A stretch of 63,006 bases of DNA, from positions 1-63,006 of IMG/VR virus record IMGVR_UViG_3300037840_000064; one strand, 5' to 3'. Each line of letters opens with the position of its first letter. Positions within the stretch are counted from its first letter, which is position 1. The notes under the pieces were generated by a model. It did not search any database. It was not told the DNA's origin and saw only the letters and a program-made list of their open reading frames with translations. Shown here in pieces: positions 37,929-48,360 of the stretch. This DNA is from a virus. Lineage: Duplodnaviria > Caudoviricetes. A program made the translations under genes and the position numbers.

Positions 37929-39278
37929 CTAAGACACCACGCGCGCCTGCGGGTTTGTTAGATCAGTGAACGCTGCAAATTCCGCAAACGTCGGCGCCAT
38001 ACCCGGCAAGATTATCTCCGAAAGGCAAGAAGGTGAACCCGCGTCCGCCACAGGAGGGTTTGAGGACTGACGGTCAGACGCGGGTTCGGACACTGACGCT
38101 ACGGCGAGGTGAGCGTCAGTGCCAACCGAATCAGGAACGGATTTGGTATCGTGATTCGTTTCCGATTCGTCAGCGATTTGTTCTGCTGAATTTTTCGATT
38201 GGTTGCCCCAGGTGTAAAAGTTAGGTGGCAAAACGTGTTCGTCATCTTCGCGCGCAAACAATTCGAGCGCAGGGAGATTGCCCGTCATCGCATTAATCAT
38301 GTCGCGATAATAGGTCGGCTTTGCTGAGTGATCCGTGGCGCGCTCACGGTGATTCGATCCGACTTTTACGTCGGTATCCGGCTTGGGGAGGCCGCGCCCG
38401 CGTTTGAATAAGCACAGGACTTCATCCTGATCCCAAACGATAAGCCCGAGCCCATGATCTTCGGGGCATTCCTCATCGGTTTTTGTCCAGATGAAGCACG
38501 TCGAATAGGCGTCGAAGCCCCATGCTTGCGCGACCGCGTAGGCGAGCGGGAGTTTGACCTTGCAGCGGCCTAGAGGCGTATCGATTTCCGTGGGGTGGAG
38601 CGCGAGAAGGTGGGCGCGGGGTATCCAGAGGAATAGCCACGAATCAGGCAGGGCGCGATTCACGATCGGCATTGCGAGGATTTCGTCCCAAGTCTCTGTT
38701 GCGTAGTGGTTTTCGTAGGCGCGGTTGCCGATGCCGGCTTTGCGGCGCCAAGCGGGGTCGGCATAGATCACGGGGAACTTGCGGCCGGTCGGTTGGAGGG
38801 CTGTGGCATCGGAAAGGGTTTGAGCCAAGTTGCGGCGGCTTTCGGCGTTCCGTGGGCCTTCTTCATCCTCGATAATCTTGGCGCGGCCGGATGAAATTCG
38901 TTCCCGAGTCGCCTTTTTCACGTCATTTAAGGCTTCGTCGGACATTTCGGCATATCGCTGCGCTCGTGAGGATAGGTTTTTGCCCACCCCTAAATCCGCA
39001 AGGGTTGCGCTTGGAAACGGTTTTTCGGATGTACCGTTTTTCTTGGGGCGCCCTTCCCGAATTTCCCCGGCCTGTTTCGCCGCCGCTAAAATCTTACCGA
39101 GTTTCGTTTCCGTGTCGATTTGGAAAACCGTAGCCTCAGTCAGAAGCGCCCTATCCTGGATTTGCTTGGCATAGAGCTTCACATGCTCAAGCTCATCGCG
39201 AATCGAAAGAACTTCTTGGACTTCGACCGCCGCTGCCAGGGCCGTGCGCAAGCGCGCATATTGGGCGAGGCTGCTCAT
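37929..39278 (-). CDS. MT-A70 family adenine methyltransferase with N-terminal extension
   Basis: VIYADPAW..LFLW..AWGF..FIWTK..HSAKP..LELFAR. Confidence 0.85.
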   Translation of the reverse strand: MSSLAQYARLRTALAAAVEVQEVLSIRDELEHVKLYAKQIQDRALLTEATVFQIDTETKLGKILAAAKQAGEIREGRPKKNGTSEKPFPSATLADLGVGKNLSSRAQRYAEMSDEALNDVKKATRERISSGRAKIIEDEEGPRNAESRRNLAQTLSDATALQPTGRKFPVIYADPAWRRKAGIGNRAYENHYATETWDEILAMPIVNRALPDSWLFLWIPRAHLLALHPTEIDTPLGRCKVKLPLAYAVAQAWGFDAYSTCFIWTKTDEECPEDHGLGLIVWDQDEVLCLFKRGRGLPKPDTDVKVGSNHRERATDHSAKPTYYRDMINAMTGNLPALELFAREDDEHVLPPNFYTWGNQSKNSAEQIADESETNHDTKSVPDSVGTDAHLAVASVSEPASDRQSSNPPVADAGSPSCLSEIILPGMAPTFAEFAAFTDLTNPQARVVS

Positions 39279-39586
39279 ATCAGCCCCTTATCCTTCGCCA
39301 GCCATTGCGGAATCGTCAAAAGGATCACTCCGCCTTCGGCCTTGACATACTCAATCTGTGAACGGGGAAGCCAAATCCACTGCGGCTTGCCCTTTTTCGC
39401 CGGGTCGGAAACCGCAATCGCCTTCTTTTCGGGGTTGTCCATCATCAATCGCACGGTCAGATCGATCAGGTCCGAAGCGCCAGTGACGCGCGGACCGCGA
39501 CCAGGCCGATGCTGTTCCTCGTTCTCGCCGAATCGCCCGCGCTCGCGTGGAGCGAACATATCGTCGGTGCCAATTTCTCGCGGCAT
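39275..39586 (-). CDS. Hypothetical conserved phage protein
   Basis: KKAIAVSD..WIWLPRSQIE..LTIPQWLAKDKGL. Confidence 0.7.
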   Translation of the reverse strand: MPREIGTDDMFAPRERGRFGENEEQHRPGRGPRVTGASDLIDLTVRLMMDNPEKKAIAVSDPAKKGKPQWIWLPRSQIEYVKAEGGVILLTIPQWLAKDKGLI

Positions 39587-39587
39587 G

Positions 39588-40052
39588 TCATTGGCCTTTC
39601 GGGTTATGAGTTGCCAACGGCCTCAACTCCCCGCGATAGCTCGGCATGTCCTTGATGCCCAGGTGCATCCGTTCGTCGAAATGCCGATCTTCGATTCGCT
39701 TCGTCATTTTCATGCTCGCCGGGTCGAGATCGAAGATCGGTTTTTTCTCGCGCTCGAAGAACGCAATCTCATGTTTGACGCCGATGCTTTCGTGCCAGCC
39801 CTGCATGTGAGCGACGATGAGAATATCCGCGCGCTCCATCATTGCTTCGTCGAATGGGAGCCAGATTGTTAGGTCGAGCAGGTCTAAACCGCCGTAGAAT
39901 CCGATTGGGTGAGTGTGCGCGATTGGACTGTAAACTTTGATGCCGGACGTTAAGAGCTTTGCGGCGATCTGTGAGGCTTCGATGAATGCGACTTCGAGAC
40001 CGAAAGGAAAGCGGGAATAAGGAGTCGCTAAATAGGCCAATGAATTCGCCAC
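39588..40052 (-). CDS. DUF1937 / nucleoside deoxyribosyltransferase-like protein
   Basis: YLATPYS..VYSPIAHTH..GWHESIGVKHEI. Confidence 0.8.
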   Translation of the reverse strand: MANSLAYLATPYSRFPFGLEVAFIEASQIAAKLLTSGIKVYSPIAHTHPIGFYGGLDLLDLTIWLPFDEAMMERADILIVAHMQGWHESIGVKHEIAFFEREKKPIFDLDPASMKMTKRIEDRHFDERMHLGIKDMPSYRGELRPLATHNPKGQ

Positions 40053-40766
40053 TTTCTTGCCTCCCTACGAAAAGTCGAGATTATCGAACAGCGTTTCCCG
40101 CTCGTAATTAGGATACGGGTTAGGCCGTCGCGTCGTCAGGCTCTCATCAACAAAACGCCTTCTATGGGCATCGCGCAAGTCCCTTCGTTCTGAGGAAGAT
40201 AGAGCGCTGAATGTTTCCATCGTTTCCATTACGAACGCTGTGATTTGTTGGTCGGTTTTTGTTAGATCGTGACTCATGCACGCAGCACTCTGGTTTCTTT
40301 TTCCTCGGCAAGTCGAACAGCGTCTATGGCGAGAGTCAATTGTGCGACGGTTTGGAGGTACATCCTCCACCGATTATAGACGTTGAGCCATTCCTTCTTG
40401 CCTTCGAGTCGTTCAAGCGCCTTGCCGACAGTTTCGGCTCTGCGGAAGGCCCAGGCCCGCTTGCGGGTGAGGATGGTTATGGCGGGGGTTTGGGTCACGA
40501 GGGTTTGTTCCCAGCGGTTAGACCGGACTCGGTCACCGTTGCGCTGTCCAGACGAATCAGATTTTGCCGCGCCCAAGTGCGATACTTGCCCTTCCACGTG
40601 CGAACGCAGACCCATAGATCGGGGCGCCGGCCAAAGCCGGTCACTTCGGCGATTCGGTCCGCCGAAGCCTGGTTTTTGTGCATCGCGAGAGCGCCAATGG
40701 CCAAATTAGGCCCACCTGGACGCGCTTTGGCGTTCCAATTACGAGGGATTTCAACGGGGTATGGCA

Positions 40767-41156
40767 TCATTCTAACCCACTATCGAGAAGTGTTTCCCGT
40801 GAAACATTGGAATCCGGCCCTTCTGCAGCTACTTCATCCGAAAATGGCCAATCGACCTTCCGAAAGTCGGGATTATCCTTTGCCAACATAATCATAGCCC
40901 AACCGCTGCAGAGGTGGCCGGCACGGTCGGGTTGATGGCAGTGGAACTCGACACCCTCCATGAGGCATTTCAGGGCGTCCATTTGGGTCTCTGGCGATCC
41001 GTTGGCGACGTGATTACCCTTGCGGAAAGCGCAGGAATTGCAGCGGGGCGGTAGTTCCGGGAACCGCAGCCGCGCCTTTGGCTCGGCATCGTCACAAAAG
41101 CGGGCCAAGTGAACGCCAAGCTCGCGGCCTTCGTCGGTGGCGCGATTGCGAATCAT
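40767..41156 (-). CDS. Cys-rich hypothetical protein
   Basis: CNSCAFR..KC..FHCH..LCSGW. Confidence 0.65.
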   Translation of the reverse strand: MIRNRATDEGRELGVHLARFCDDAEPKARLRFPELPPRCNSCAFRKGNHVANGSPETQMDALKCLMEGVEFHCHQPDRAGHLCSGWAMIMLAKDNPDFRKVDWPFSDEVAAEGPDSNVSRETLLDSGLE

Positions 41157-41362
41157 GCTGCACCTGGAGGCGGATAAAAGTCCGGCCGCTGCTCATGCCG
41201 GGGGATTTGGAGGGCCTTTTCGATCTTAAGCACCTGCGCCACGGGGATTTGCTCCCACTGGTCCACAGCCTGGGGGGTAATCTTCAAAATCCGAGCTAGG
41301 GCGCTAGGACCGCCCGCCCGAACGATGGCCGTCTTGAGTGCCTGTTTTGTCGTCATTGCCAC
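41153..41362 (-). CDS. cro: Cro-like HTH repressor
   Basis: AGGPSALARILKITPQAVDQW..IP..RHEQRPDFY (YdaS/Cro pattern). Confidence 0.88.
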   Translation of the reverse strand: MAMTTKQALKTAIVRAGGPSALARILKITPQAVDQWEQIPVAQVLKIEKALQIPRHEQRPDFYPPPGAA

Positions 41363-41427
41363 AGGTAATCACAGTTCGAAAATAATTTCAAGTAGTGCTT
41401 GACAACATTCAAGGGCGCCTTTAATCT
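41363..41427. promoter_or_regulatory. Divergent promoters with two operator-like palindromes
   Basis: Plus strand TTGACA(41399)-N17-TAATCT; TCAAG-N5-CTTGA (41388-41402) and TCAAG-N5-CTTTA (41409-41423). Confidence 0.7.
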
Positions 41428-41455
41428 CCAATTATCGAACACAGGGGACTGAGCC

Positions 41456-41614
41456 ATGACGAAGCAGATTTACCGCGGCTACGACATCGAAGAGAGGGAC
41501 GGCAAATGGATCGTCAGCCTCGGCGGCGTGGTCAAAGCAACTGCCGATAGGGAACAGGCCGCCATCGACTTTATCAATATCGAAAAGCGCCAGCATCCCA
41601 CAGCGCAACGTTGA
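41456..41614 (+). CDS. 52-aa first early gene (below ORF-track cutoff)
   Basis: AGGGGA RBS; MTKQIYRGYDIEERDGKWIV... Confidence 0.6.
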   Translation: MTKQIYRGYDIEERDGKWIVSLGGVVKATADREQAAIDFINIEKRQHPTAQR

Positions 41615-41677
41615 CCGACATCCGGCGGCAAAGAACACTCCTATCCCTCGTGACCCAAGACATAGAGACAAAACCCC

Positions 41678-43393
41678 ATGCTCCCCGAACAAACAAAGAC
41701 GATCATCGCCAACGGCCTCAACGCCGCAGCCTTGGCACATCACTCCGATCCGATGTTCAACCACGCTAAACTGTTAGGCGCGGAGCTTCGGAGGGAACAA
41801 CTGGAACGCAGATACGAGCATATCGTCTTGGCGCTGGCGGGTCTGTTGGCGATTAGCGTCGGCATCATTGTTTGGTTCGTGTTGGATCAGGAAGGGGCTT
41901 GCCTCATTCTTGAACACGGGCTCGCGCGCTGAACGGAAAGTCACACGGGGTTTGGGAGAGTGAAATGAGAACCACCATCGCACAGTGTTGTTTAAACGCC
42001 GCCGCCATGCTCGATATAGCGGACGATGGCCAGCGGCGTGACATCAACGCCATGCAACGTTTGCAGAAAGCCAATCGCGGTCAAGCTGAGCTATTACGCG
42101 AAGCCGCACGCATTGCGGACGAACTTGCCGCAGCGCTTCTCGCACTCGCAGTATTGGGCGAACAGGGAATGAAGCCGGACTACAACGAGTGGCTGACATT
42201 TCACGACAAGGTCGCACACGTCGCCCGCGAAGCGCTTAGCAAAGTCACCATCTTTTCGGATGCAAAGGTGACCTCACCATAACCACAGAATACCCGTGAC
42301 CCAAATCGTACCTTAAAAACCAACAGGGGCTTACAATGAGCAATGACATTCTCAGGGGCTTTGAAGGCTCCGAATTCTCCGAGCCGGTGCGCAACGACCG
42401 CCAGACCTTGATCGACGTTCTCAGCAGGACGTGCCAAGCGCGCCATAACTCGATTGCGACCGTGCATCGCGAGGCCGTTCAAACGCTGGCAAGGCTTTAC
42501 ATTCCCCATATCTCGACTTCACCATCGCCGGATCAGTTCCGCGACGTTGCCGACTTTCTGCTCCATTGGGCGCGGATCGCGGATCGGGTTTTGAAGATCG
42601 TCGGCGAGGAAGCCAATTCCAACACGTCGGAAGTTCTCGATATGTCGGATTTCGACGGGTCATTCATCGGCGCCATCGAAGGCAATGCGACGTTCCAGCT
42701 TGAGAAATGCGCGCAAGCGGTCGAGGCTGAGGAAGAGTATGGCGATTATTACGCGGACGATTCCTCCTACGAGGAAAGGGCCGAGTCGTGAGCGATCACA
42801 AAGCAGCACTCATGCAAATCCAGGGCATTCTCGGCGCCTGTGTCAGACAGCGCGCGGCCTCTGACGACAAGATCATCGCCGATCATATCGAGGAAGCCTA
42901 CAAGATCGCGCTTGCGGCGCTTCACGGTCCCGATACGGCACCGCTCATGGTGAAACATACCGAAGATGTGTTGCGGTTTGTGATGTTTGGAGAACGGCCG
43001 TGAGAAACCTCAACCGTCACAACCGCCCCACGCGCTGCGTCGATGGCCGGATCATGCGCCACGATCCCCAGCCTGACGATCCGGGTTTAGAAACCGACAT
43101 TGGCGAATGTCCCGACTGTGATGGTCAAGGCTGCCAAGAGTGCGATTGCTGCGGCAAGAAAGGTTTCACGTCACGCTGTTGGCTTGGCCCACTCGAAACT
43201 TTCGCCTGCGACGCCTGCCGAAATGTGTAAAGACCTCTGGATCATCGACTATGAAAGTTGTTTCAACGATTACGGCGATCACGTCGAACGATTTGGCGAA
43301 GAAGAAGCTCGCCAGCGGTTCCGCGCCAGCCTCAAAGCCTTGGGCTTTGATCCGCACGAGATCAACGATCACTTGAACGATCTGACTTCCTAA
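41678..43393 (+). other. Run of small early hypothetical genes (41678-41932, 41965-42282, 42336-42791, 42788-43003, 43000-43230, about 43223-43393)
   Basis: Co-oriented, mostly overlapping ORFs; 43000-43230 is a CxxC-rich zinc-finger type. Confidence 0.6.
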
Positions 43394-43417
43394 CGAGCAA
43401 CACAACAGGAGCACGCA

Positions 43418-44644
43418 ATGGACCTCTTTCAACCTGCTACAAACACCGCCGCATTTGTCAAAATGGGCATCATGGGCAAGGAAGGAGCCGGCAAGACCAA
43501 GACTGCGGTTAAGGTTGCAATTGGGCTGGTACAATATCTTAAGAAACTCGGCATCAACTATGCCGACAAGCCGGTTGCCTTTTTCGATACCGAGACTGGG
43601 TCTGACTATGTCATCCCGGATTTCCAAGCCGCGGGCATTCCGTTTGTCGTCACCAAGACAAAGACGCTCGCTGACTTGGTCCAAGCAATCGATTGGGCGG
43701 AAAAGAATGCTTCCGTTCTCATCATCGATTCCATCACTCATCCCTACCGCGAAATGATAGCGGCCTATCTCAAGTCGAAGAAACGGACCTTTTTGCAAAT
43801 CGACGACTGGAATTATCTCAAGGGTGATTACGGATGGTCGATGTTTACCAAGCGCTACATCAACAGCAAGCTTCACATCATCATGTGCGGCCGAGCGGGG
43901 GATAATCTGGAACAATATACCGATGACGAAGGCAAGCGCCAGCTTGAAAAAGTTGGCACCAAAATGAAAACTGAAACCGAAACCAGTTTCGAGCCGTCGT
44001 TGTTGGTATTGATGGAACTTCTGGAACGCAACACCCGCGAGCAAGGGTCGCGTAAGCGCAAATTCATCAACCGCGCAACCATCGTCAAAGATCGCTGGGA
44101 TAAGATCAACGGCGACGAAATCGACGATCCAGACTTTGCAGATTTTCTCCCCCACATCGAGCTGCTCAACATCGGCGGCGAACACGTGGGCGTGCGCGAC
44201 ACTGGCGACAGCCAGAGCATTCTCAAGACAGAACCTCGCGATTGGGCGCCAGTGCAAAAGAGCATCGTCCTCGACGAAATCGAAACGCTGCTCACACTGA
44301 AATATCCTTCGACCGGCAAGGAGGACAAGGTTGCCAAGCTCAAGCTCATCCTCAAGCACTTCAATGCGACGTGGACCGAGATTGAGACCACCATGCAACT
44401 CATTGATCTTCGCGCCGGCTACGACAGCCTCTATCAGGAACTCGAAGGCAAGCCCTCGAAATACGCCCGCATTCTCACGGGCGAGCCGCAGGGGGACTTC
44501 ACAGTCATCACCGAGCCCGTGACACACTCGAACGCAACGCAAACCGCGCTCGCGCTCAACGACGATCTGCCGGACTTTGTGAAGGGTCCGCTGCCTCCTG
44601 GAATTCACGTCATCCAGGACAACAGCAAGGGTCTGGGCGAGTAG
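43418..44644 (+). CDS. Sak4-like / AAA_24 recombination ATPase
   Basis: GKEGAGKT Walker A, FFDTETGS, VLIIDSITH Walker B, HIIMCGRA, VKDR. Confidence 0.85.
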   Translation: MDLFQPATNTAAFVKMGIMGKEGAGKTKTAVKVAIGLVQYLKKLGINYADKPVAFFDTETGSDYVIPDFQAAGIPFVVTKTKTLADLVQAIDWAEKNASVLIIDSITHPYREMIAAYLKSKKRTFLQIDDWNYLKGDYGWSMFTKRYINSKLHIIMCGRAGDNLEQYTDDEGKRQLEKVGTKMKTETETSFEPSLLVLMELLERNTREQGSRKRKFINRATIVKDRWDKINGDEIDDPDFADFLPHIELLNIGGEHVGVRDTGDSQSILKTEPRDWAPVQKSIVLDEIETLLTLKYPSTGKEDKVAKLKLILKHFNATWTEIETTMQLIDLRAGYDSLYQELEGKPSKYARILTGEPQGDFTVITEPVTHSNATQTALALNDDLPDFVKGPLPPGIHVIQDNSKGLGE

Positions 44645-44671
44645 CAGGAACAATGCGAGGGTCAAGGATTG

Positions 44672-45068
44672 GGTAGCTTGGCTACCTTGGCCCTCGAATA
44701 TCCTGCCAGGATTTTACGGCCATAGAGGATTGAGAAAATGAGCAAAGGTCCGGCAGAAAAACTGGAAGGCGCCGCACACGCCATTTCGACGGCTGCAATG
44801 CTTCTGCGGAAGGAGGAACCAACCATCAAAGACTTTCTCAAGGAATGCCGCGACATGGAGAACTTTGGGCACGTTCTCGACCCGACGCTTTACAATAAAT
44901 CTGAGCGCCGAGCCGTTAGCGCGTTGATGGAGCCGTTGTTTAAGGCTGCGGTTGACTTCCTGACAGCTTACGACATTCATCTGAGCCAAGCCCGCGCGGC
45001 GCTCGATAAAGTCTCTATGGCGGTAAAGCCCTAACGGCACGATCGACAGCCAAGGTAGCCAGTCCAAC
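44672..45068. mobile_element. Single-gene cassette 2 bounded by 57-bp inverted repeats
   Basis: IRs at 44672-44728 and 45012-45068. Confidence 0.8.
44738..45034 (+). CDS. Hypothetical cassette passenger protein
   Basis: 98 aa; C-terminal SMAVKP and the stop codon lie inside the repeat. Confidence 0.7.
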   Translation: MSKGPAEKLEGAAHAISTAAMLLRKEEPTIKDFLKECRDMENFGHVLDPTLYNKSERRAVSALMEPLFKAAVDFLTAYDIHLSQARAALDKVSMAVKP

Positions 45069-45080
45069 AAACAAACACCC

Positions 45081-45509
45081 ATGAAGCCCGATCACCCCCA
45101 AAGATTCATGTCACTGTCAGAGCCCGGCACGCTGCTCAAGCGCGCCTTCGGCATAACGCAGCGGATCAAACTGAAAGTCGTCGGCGATTCCGATCCGATG
45201 TATTTGGCGATGGTGAGACAACTTCCGTGTTTGGGTTGTAACGATGAACCGAGTGAAGCCGCTCACGTTCGCATGCAATCTGGACCGCACAACAAACACG
45301 GCGGCATCGGCATGAAGCCTCACGATAAATGGGCGCTCCCATTGTGCCAGGACTGCCACAGAGAACAACATCGGATCGGCGAGCGCGCGTTCTGGTCAAT
45401 CGTCGGCATTCATCCACTTTTCGTCTGCGAAAGACTCTATGCGGCGCGCGGAGATTTGGTTAAGATGCGAGACGTTATCTTCAACGCCCGCGCCGGAACA
45501 CTTTCGTAG
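45081..45509 (+). CDS. DUF968/Ref-like HNH-type nuclease
   Basis: YLAMVRQLPCLGC..EAAHVR..GMKPHDKWALPLCQDCHREQH. Confidence 0.8.
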   Translation: MKPDHPQRFMSLSEPGTLLKRAFGITQRIKLKVVGDSDPMYLAMVRQLPCLGCNDEPSEAAHVRMQSGPHNKHGGIGMKPHDKWALPLCQDCHREQHRIGERAFWSIVGIHPLFVCERLYAARGDLVKMRDVIFNARAGTLS

Positions 45510-45530
45510 TCGCTTAAACAGGAGCCAACA

Positions 45531-45746
45531 ATGGCAGTCACAGGCAAGGTCAAGTTCTTCAACGAGCAAAAAGGTTACGGGTTCTTCACCCGCGACGAGG
45601 GCTCGGGCGACGTGTTCGTGCATCGTACCGATCTTCCGCCGAGTCCTGGAAATCTATACGAAGGCCAGCCTGTAACTTTCGAAATCGAGCGGACGCACCG
45701 CGGGCTGCGGGCGACCAACATCAGTTTGGGCGTGCTGCCGCTTTAG
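45531..45746 (+). CDS. csp: Cold-shock domain protein
   Basis: GKVKFFNEQKGYGF (RNP1) and DVFVH (RNP2). Confidence 0.93.
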   Translation: MAVTGKVKFFNEQKGYGFFTRDEGSGDVFVHRTDLPPSPGNLYEGQPVTFEIERTHRGLRATNISLGVLPL

Positions 45747-45981
45747 GAGGGTGGAATGGCGATGACAGCTTTTGAACGGCAAATCCTCGCTGGATTAAAG
45801 GCCTCAACGGGCAATAGAAAACTTCGAGAAAAAGACATGCTCGAATGGCGAACTGGCGGAATTAAACCACGCAGCGGTGAACAAATTATCGAATTGCCAG
45901 TTCTTGGAGTCCAGGTCGCAATTCCAGCCGAATTGATGAGTGTGAAAAAGTAACGACAGGTTAACAGGGAGATTTGAGAAA

Positions 45982-46536
45982 ATGACGACACCTGAATTTT
46001 TGGAATTTCCGAAGATCGCCCGGCTGGCCCGCGAGATCATCGTCACCGAGAAGATCGACGGCAGCAACGGCGTGATATACGTCGGCGAGGATGGCGAGGT
46101 TCTGGCTGGCTCGCGCTCGCAATGGCTTATCGGCTCCGACAATTTCGGCTTTGCCAAGTGGGTGCAAGAACATAAAGACGAACTGCGCACGCTCGGCCCC
46201 GGTCGTCACTATGGCGAGTGGTGGGGATCGGGCATCCAACGTGGCTACGGGCTTCCCAAAGGCGAGAAAAGGTTCTCCCTGTTCAATACGTCCAAGTGGT
46301 CCGACGACGCTATACGGCCGCCCTGCTGCCACCTCGTGCCTGTTCTCTACACCGGCATCTTCACCACCTACTACATCGAAGATGCATTGCAGCAATTGAA
46401 GGAAGGCGGATCGCGTGCCGCCCCTGGATTCATGAAGCCCGAGGGCGTCGTGATCTTCCATCCGCAGGGCAACGTCGGCTTCAAAAAAACTATTGAGAAA
46501 GATGAAGAGTGGAAGGGCAAATCCGCAGCGGCCTAA
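45982..46536 (+). CDS. RNA ligase (Rnl2-like nucleotidyltransferase domain only)
   Basis: Motif I TEKIDGSNG, GSR, YGEW, FSLFN, PEGVV. Confidence 0.85.
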   Translation: MTTPEFLEFPKIARLAREIIVTEKIDGSNGVIYVGEDGEVLAGSRSQWLIGSDNFGFAKWVQEHKDELRTLGPGRHYGEWWGSGIQRGYGLPKGEKRFSLFNTSKWSDDAIRPPCCHLVPVLYTGIFTTYYIEDALQQLKEGGSRAAPGFMKPEGVVIFHPQGNVGFKKTIEKDEEWKGKSAAA

Positions 46537-46870
46537 AACGGGCACTGTCAACAAGTTAACACGGAGATTCATGTGGCGAGGGGTAAGCTAGGCCAGCCTC
46601 GGTGGGGAAAGCCCCGGCAAACGACCACCGGCCACATGGATTGAAAGGGAAGAAAAAATGAATGCCAAAGTGGACGAAGCCAAAACCTACTTAGAGACAG
46701 GCGGCCTCGGCGAGGTTGTTGGTCTCGCGACCATGGCAATAGATGCCGGCCATCCGAAAGTGCAGATGGATTCGGATATGGCCCTCGCGCTTTGTTTGTT
46801 GGCGGGCGAGGCATTAAAGCGCCGTGCCGCGCACTAGCCGGCTGATACGGAATATGTCGGGAGAAACTAA

Positions 46871-47431
46871 GTGAACTTTAGCCAACCTATTGTTGCCATG
46901 AGCCGGGTGTTTGCGATGCCTAACGCAGACACGTTTTCGGTTGGGCCGATTGGCGACTTTGTGCGCGGCTATCTCGCGAAGGCGAAAGTCAGCGTCGATC
47001 CGTTTGCCCGGAATCGCGACTGGTTTACCCACACGAACGATCTAAACCCCGCGACAACAGCACACCGCCATATGGACGCCGAAGCATTTTGCAGGGCGCT
47101 GGCCTCGGAAGGTATCAAGGCTGACCTAGGCATCTTTGATCCGCCATACTCACCCCGGCAAATCAGCGAGTGCTATAAATCGATTGGGTTGAAGGTTGGC
47201 ATTGAGGAAACGCAGAACGCTCGGCTTTATAAGCGCGTGCGCGATGCACTCGACACCATCATCGTCCCTGGTGGCCTCGTGCTTTCGTTCGGCTGGCAAT
47301 CTGCCGGCATGGGCATCAAACGCAATTATGAAATGATTGCGCTTCTTCTGGTCGCCCATGGCGGCGGTCATAACGACACCATCTGCGTTGCCGAGCGAAA
47401 GCGCGGCGATTTGTTTGACCGCTCCGAGTAA
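46871..47431 (+). CDS. Short adenine-specific DNA methylase-like protein
   Basis: VDPFAR, FDPPYSPRQISECY, HGGGHNDTI. Confidence 0.8.
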   Translation: MNFSQPIVAMSRVFAMPNADTFSVGPIGDFVRGYLAKAKVSVDPFARNRDWFTHTNDLNPATTAHRHMDAEAFCRALASEGIKADLGIFDPPYSPRQISECYKSIGLKVGIEETQNARLYKRVRDALDTIIVPGGLVLSFGWQSAGMGIKRNYEMIALLLVAHGGGHNDTICVAERKRGDLFDRSE

Positions 47432-47607
47432 TGACAGATTAGCCGGGAAAAACCATGGAACCAATTTTTACCTGTTTACGCTGTGAGACGGTCTACGAAA
47501 CGCGCCATCTGCCGCAGCCGGTGACGGAATGTCCTGTGTGCGGCTGGCGCCGACCAGAAGATCGCTCACCCACCGAACGCTATCTCGACGCCACGCAGGG
47601 CGAATAG

Positions 47608-48360
47608 ATGACCAGGATTTATACAGGCGACGTTCTGGAAGTTCTCCCCCGGCTGGTGCCGAAGGAGAGCGTCGACTGTTTGATTGTTGATCCGCCCTAT
47701 GGCGAGACCAGCCTGGAATGGGACCGGCGCGTGCCGGGTTGGCCGTCCGAGGTTCGGCGCATCCTCAAGCCGACTGGCTCCATGTGGGTTTTTGGGTCCG
47801 CTCGCATGTTCCTTGAGACTGCGGCGGAATTTGAGGGCTGGCGGCTGGCGCAAGACGTGGTGTGGGAAAAGCACAACGGCGCCGGGTTCTTCGCCGACCG
47901 ATTCCGGCGTGTCCATGAGTTCGCTTGGCAGTTCTACCGCTCCGATGCACAATGGGCCGATGTCTATAAGGCCCCTCAGTTCACCAATGACGCCGCGCCG
48001 CGCACGGTGCGCCGCAAGGGGCGGCCGGCGCATTGGACTGGCGAGCGCGGGGATTCGGTCTATCGTTCCGAGGATGGCGGTCCGCGCCTGCAGCGCAGCG
48101 TCCTCTACGTCCGCAGCGAACACGGCAGCGCCGAACACCCAACACAGAAGCCGCTCGCCATCGTCGAGCCGCTGTTGCTCTATTCCTGCCCCCAGGGCGG
48201 TCATGTGCTTGATCCATTCGCCGGCAGCGGCACGGTTGGCATCCTCGCCAAACGCCACGGCATGACCTGCACATTGATCGAGGCAAATCTAAAATATCGA
48301 ACGCTGATCGAACGCCGGCTGCAGGACGATGCGCCATTGCTCGCGGAGGTCGGAACATGA
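47608..48360 (+). CDS. N4/N6 DNA methyltransferase (beta class)
   Basis: VDPPY..HPTQKP..VLDPFAGSGT. Confidence 0.92.
   Translation: MTRIYTGDVLEVLPRLVPKESVDCLIVDPPYGETSLEWDRRVPGWPSEVRRILKPTGSMWVFGSARMFLETAAEFEGWRLAQDVVWEKHNGAGFFADRFRRVHEFAWQFYRSDAQWADVYKAPQFTNDAAPRTVRRKGRPAHWTGERGDSVYRSEDGGPRLQRSVLYVRSEHGSAEHPTQKPLAIVEPLLLYSCPQGGHVLDPFAGSGTVGILAKRHGMTCTLIEANLKYRTLIERRLQDDAPLLAEVGT

Noticed and set aside
40274-40770. Possible frameshifted gene pair
   Set aside because: The overlap disappears if the downstream gene starts at the GTG at 40498, coupled to the upstream stop
43166-44665. 499-aa antisense ORF, and similar ones at 25155-26336, 14868-15944 and 23576-24562
   Set aside because: Each mirrors a well-supported gene on the other strand, as expected from codon bias
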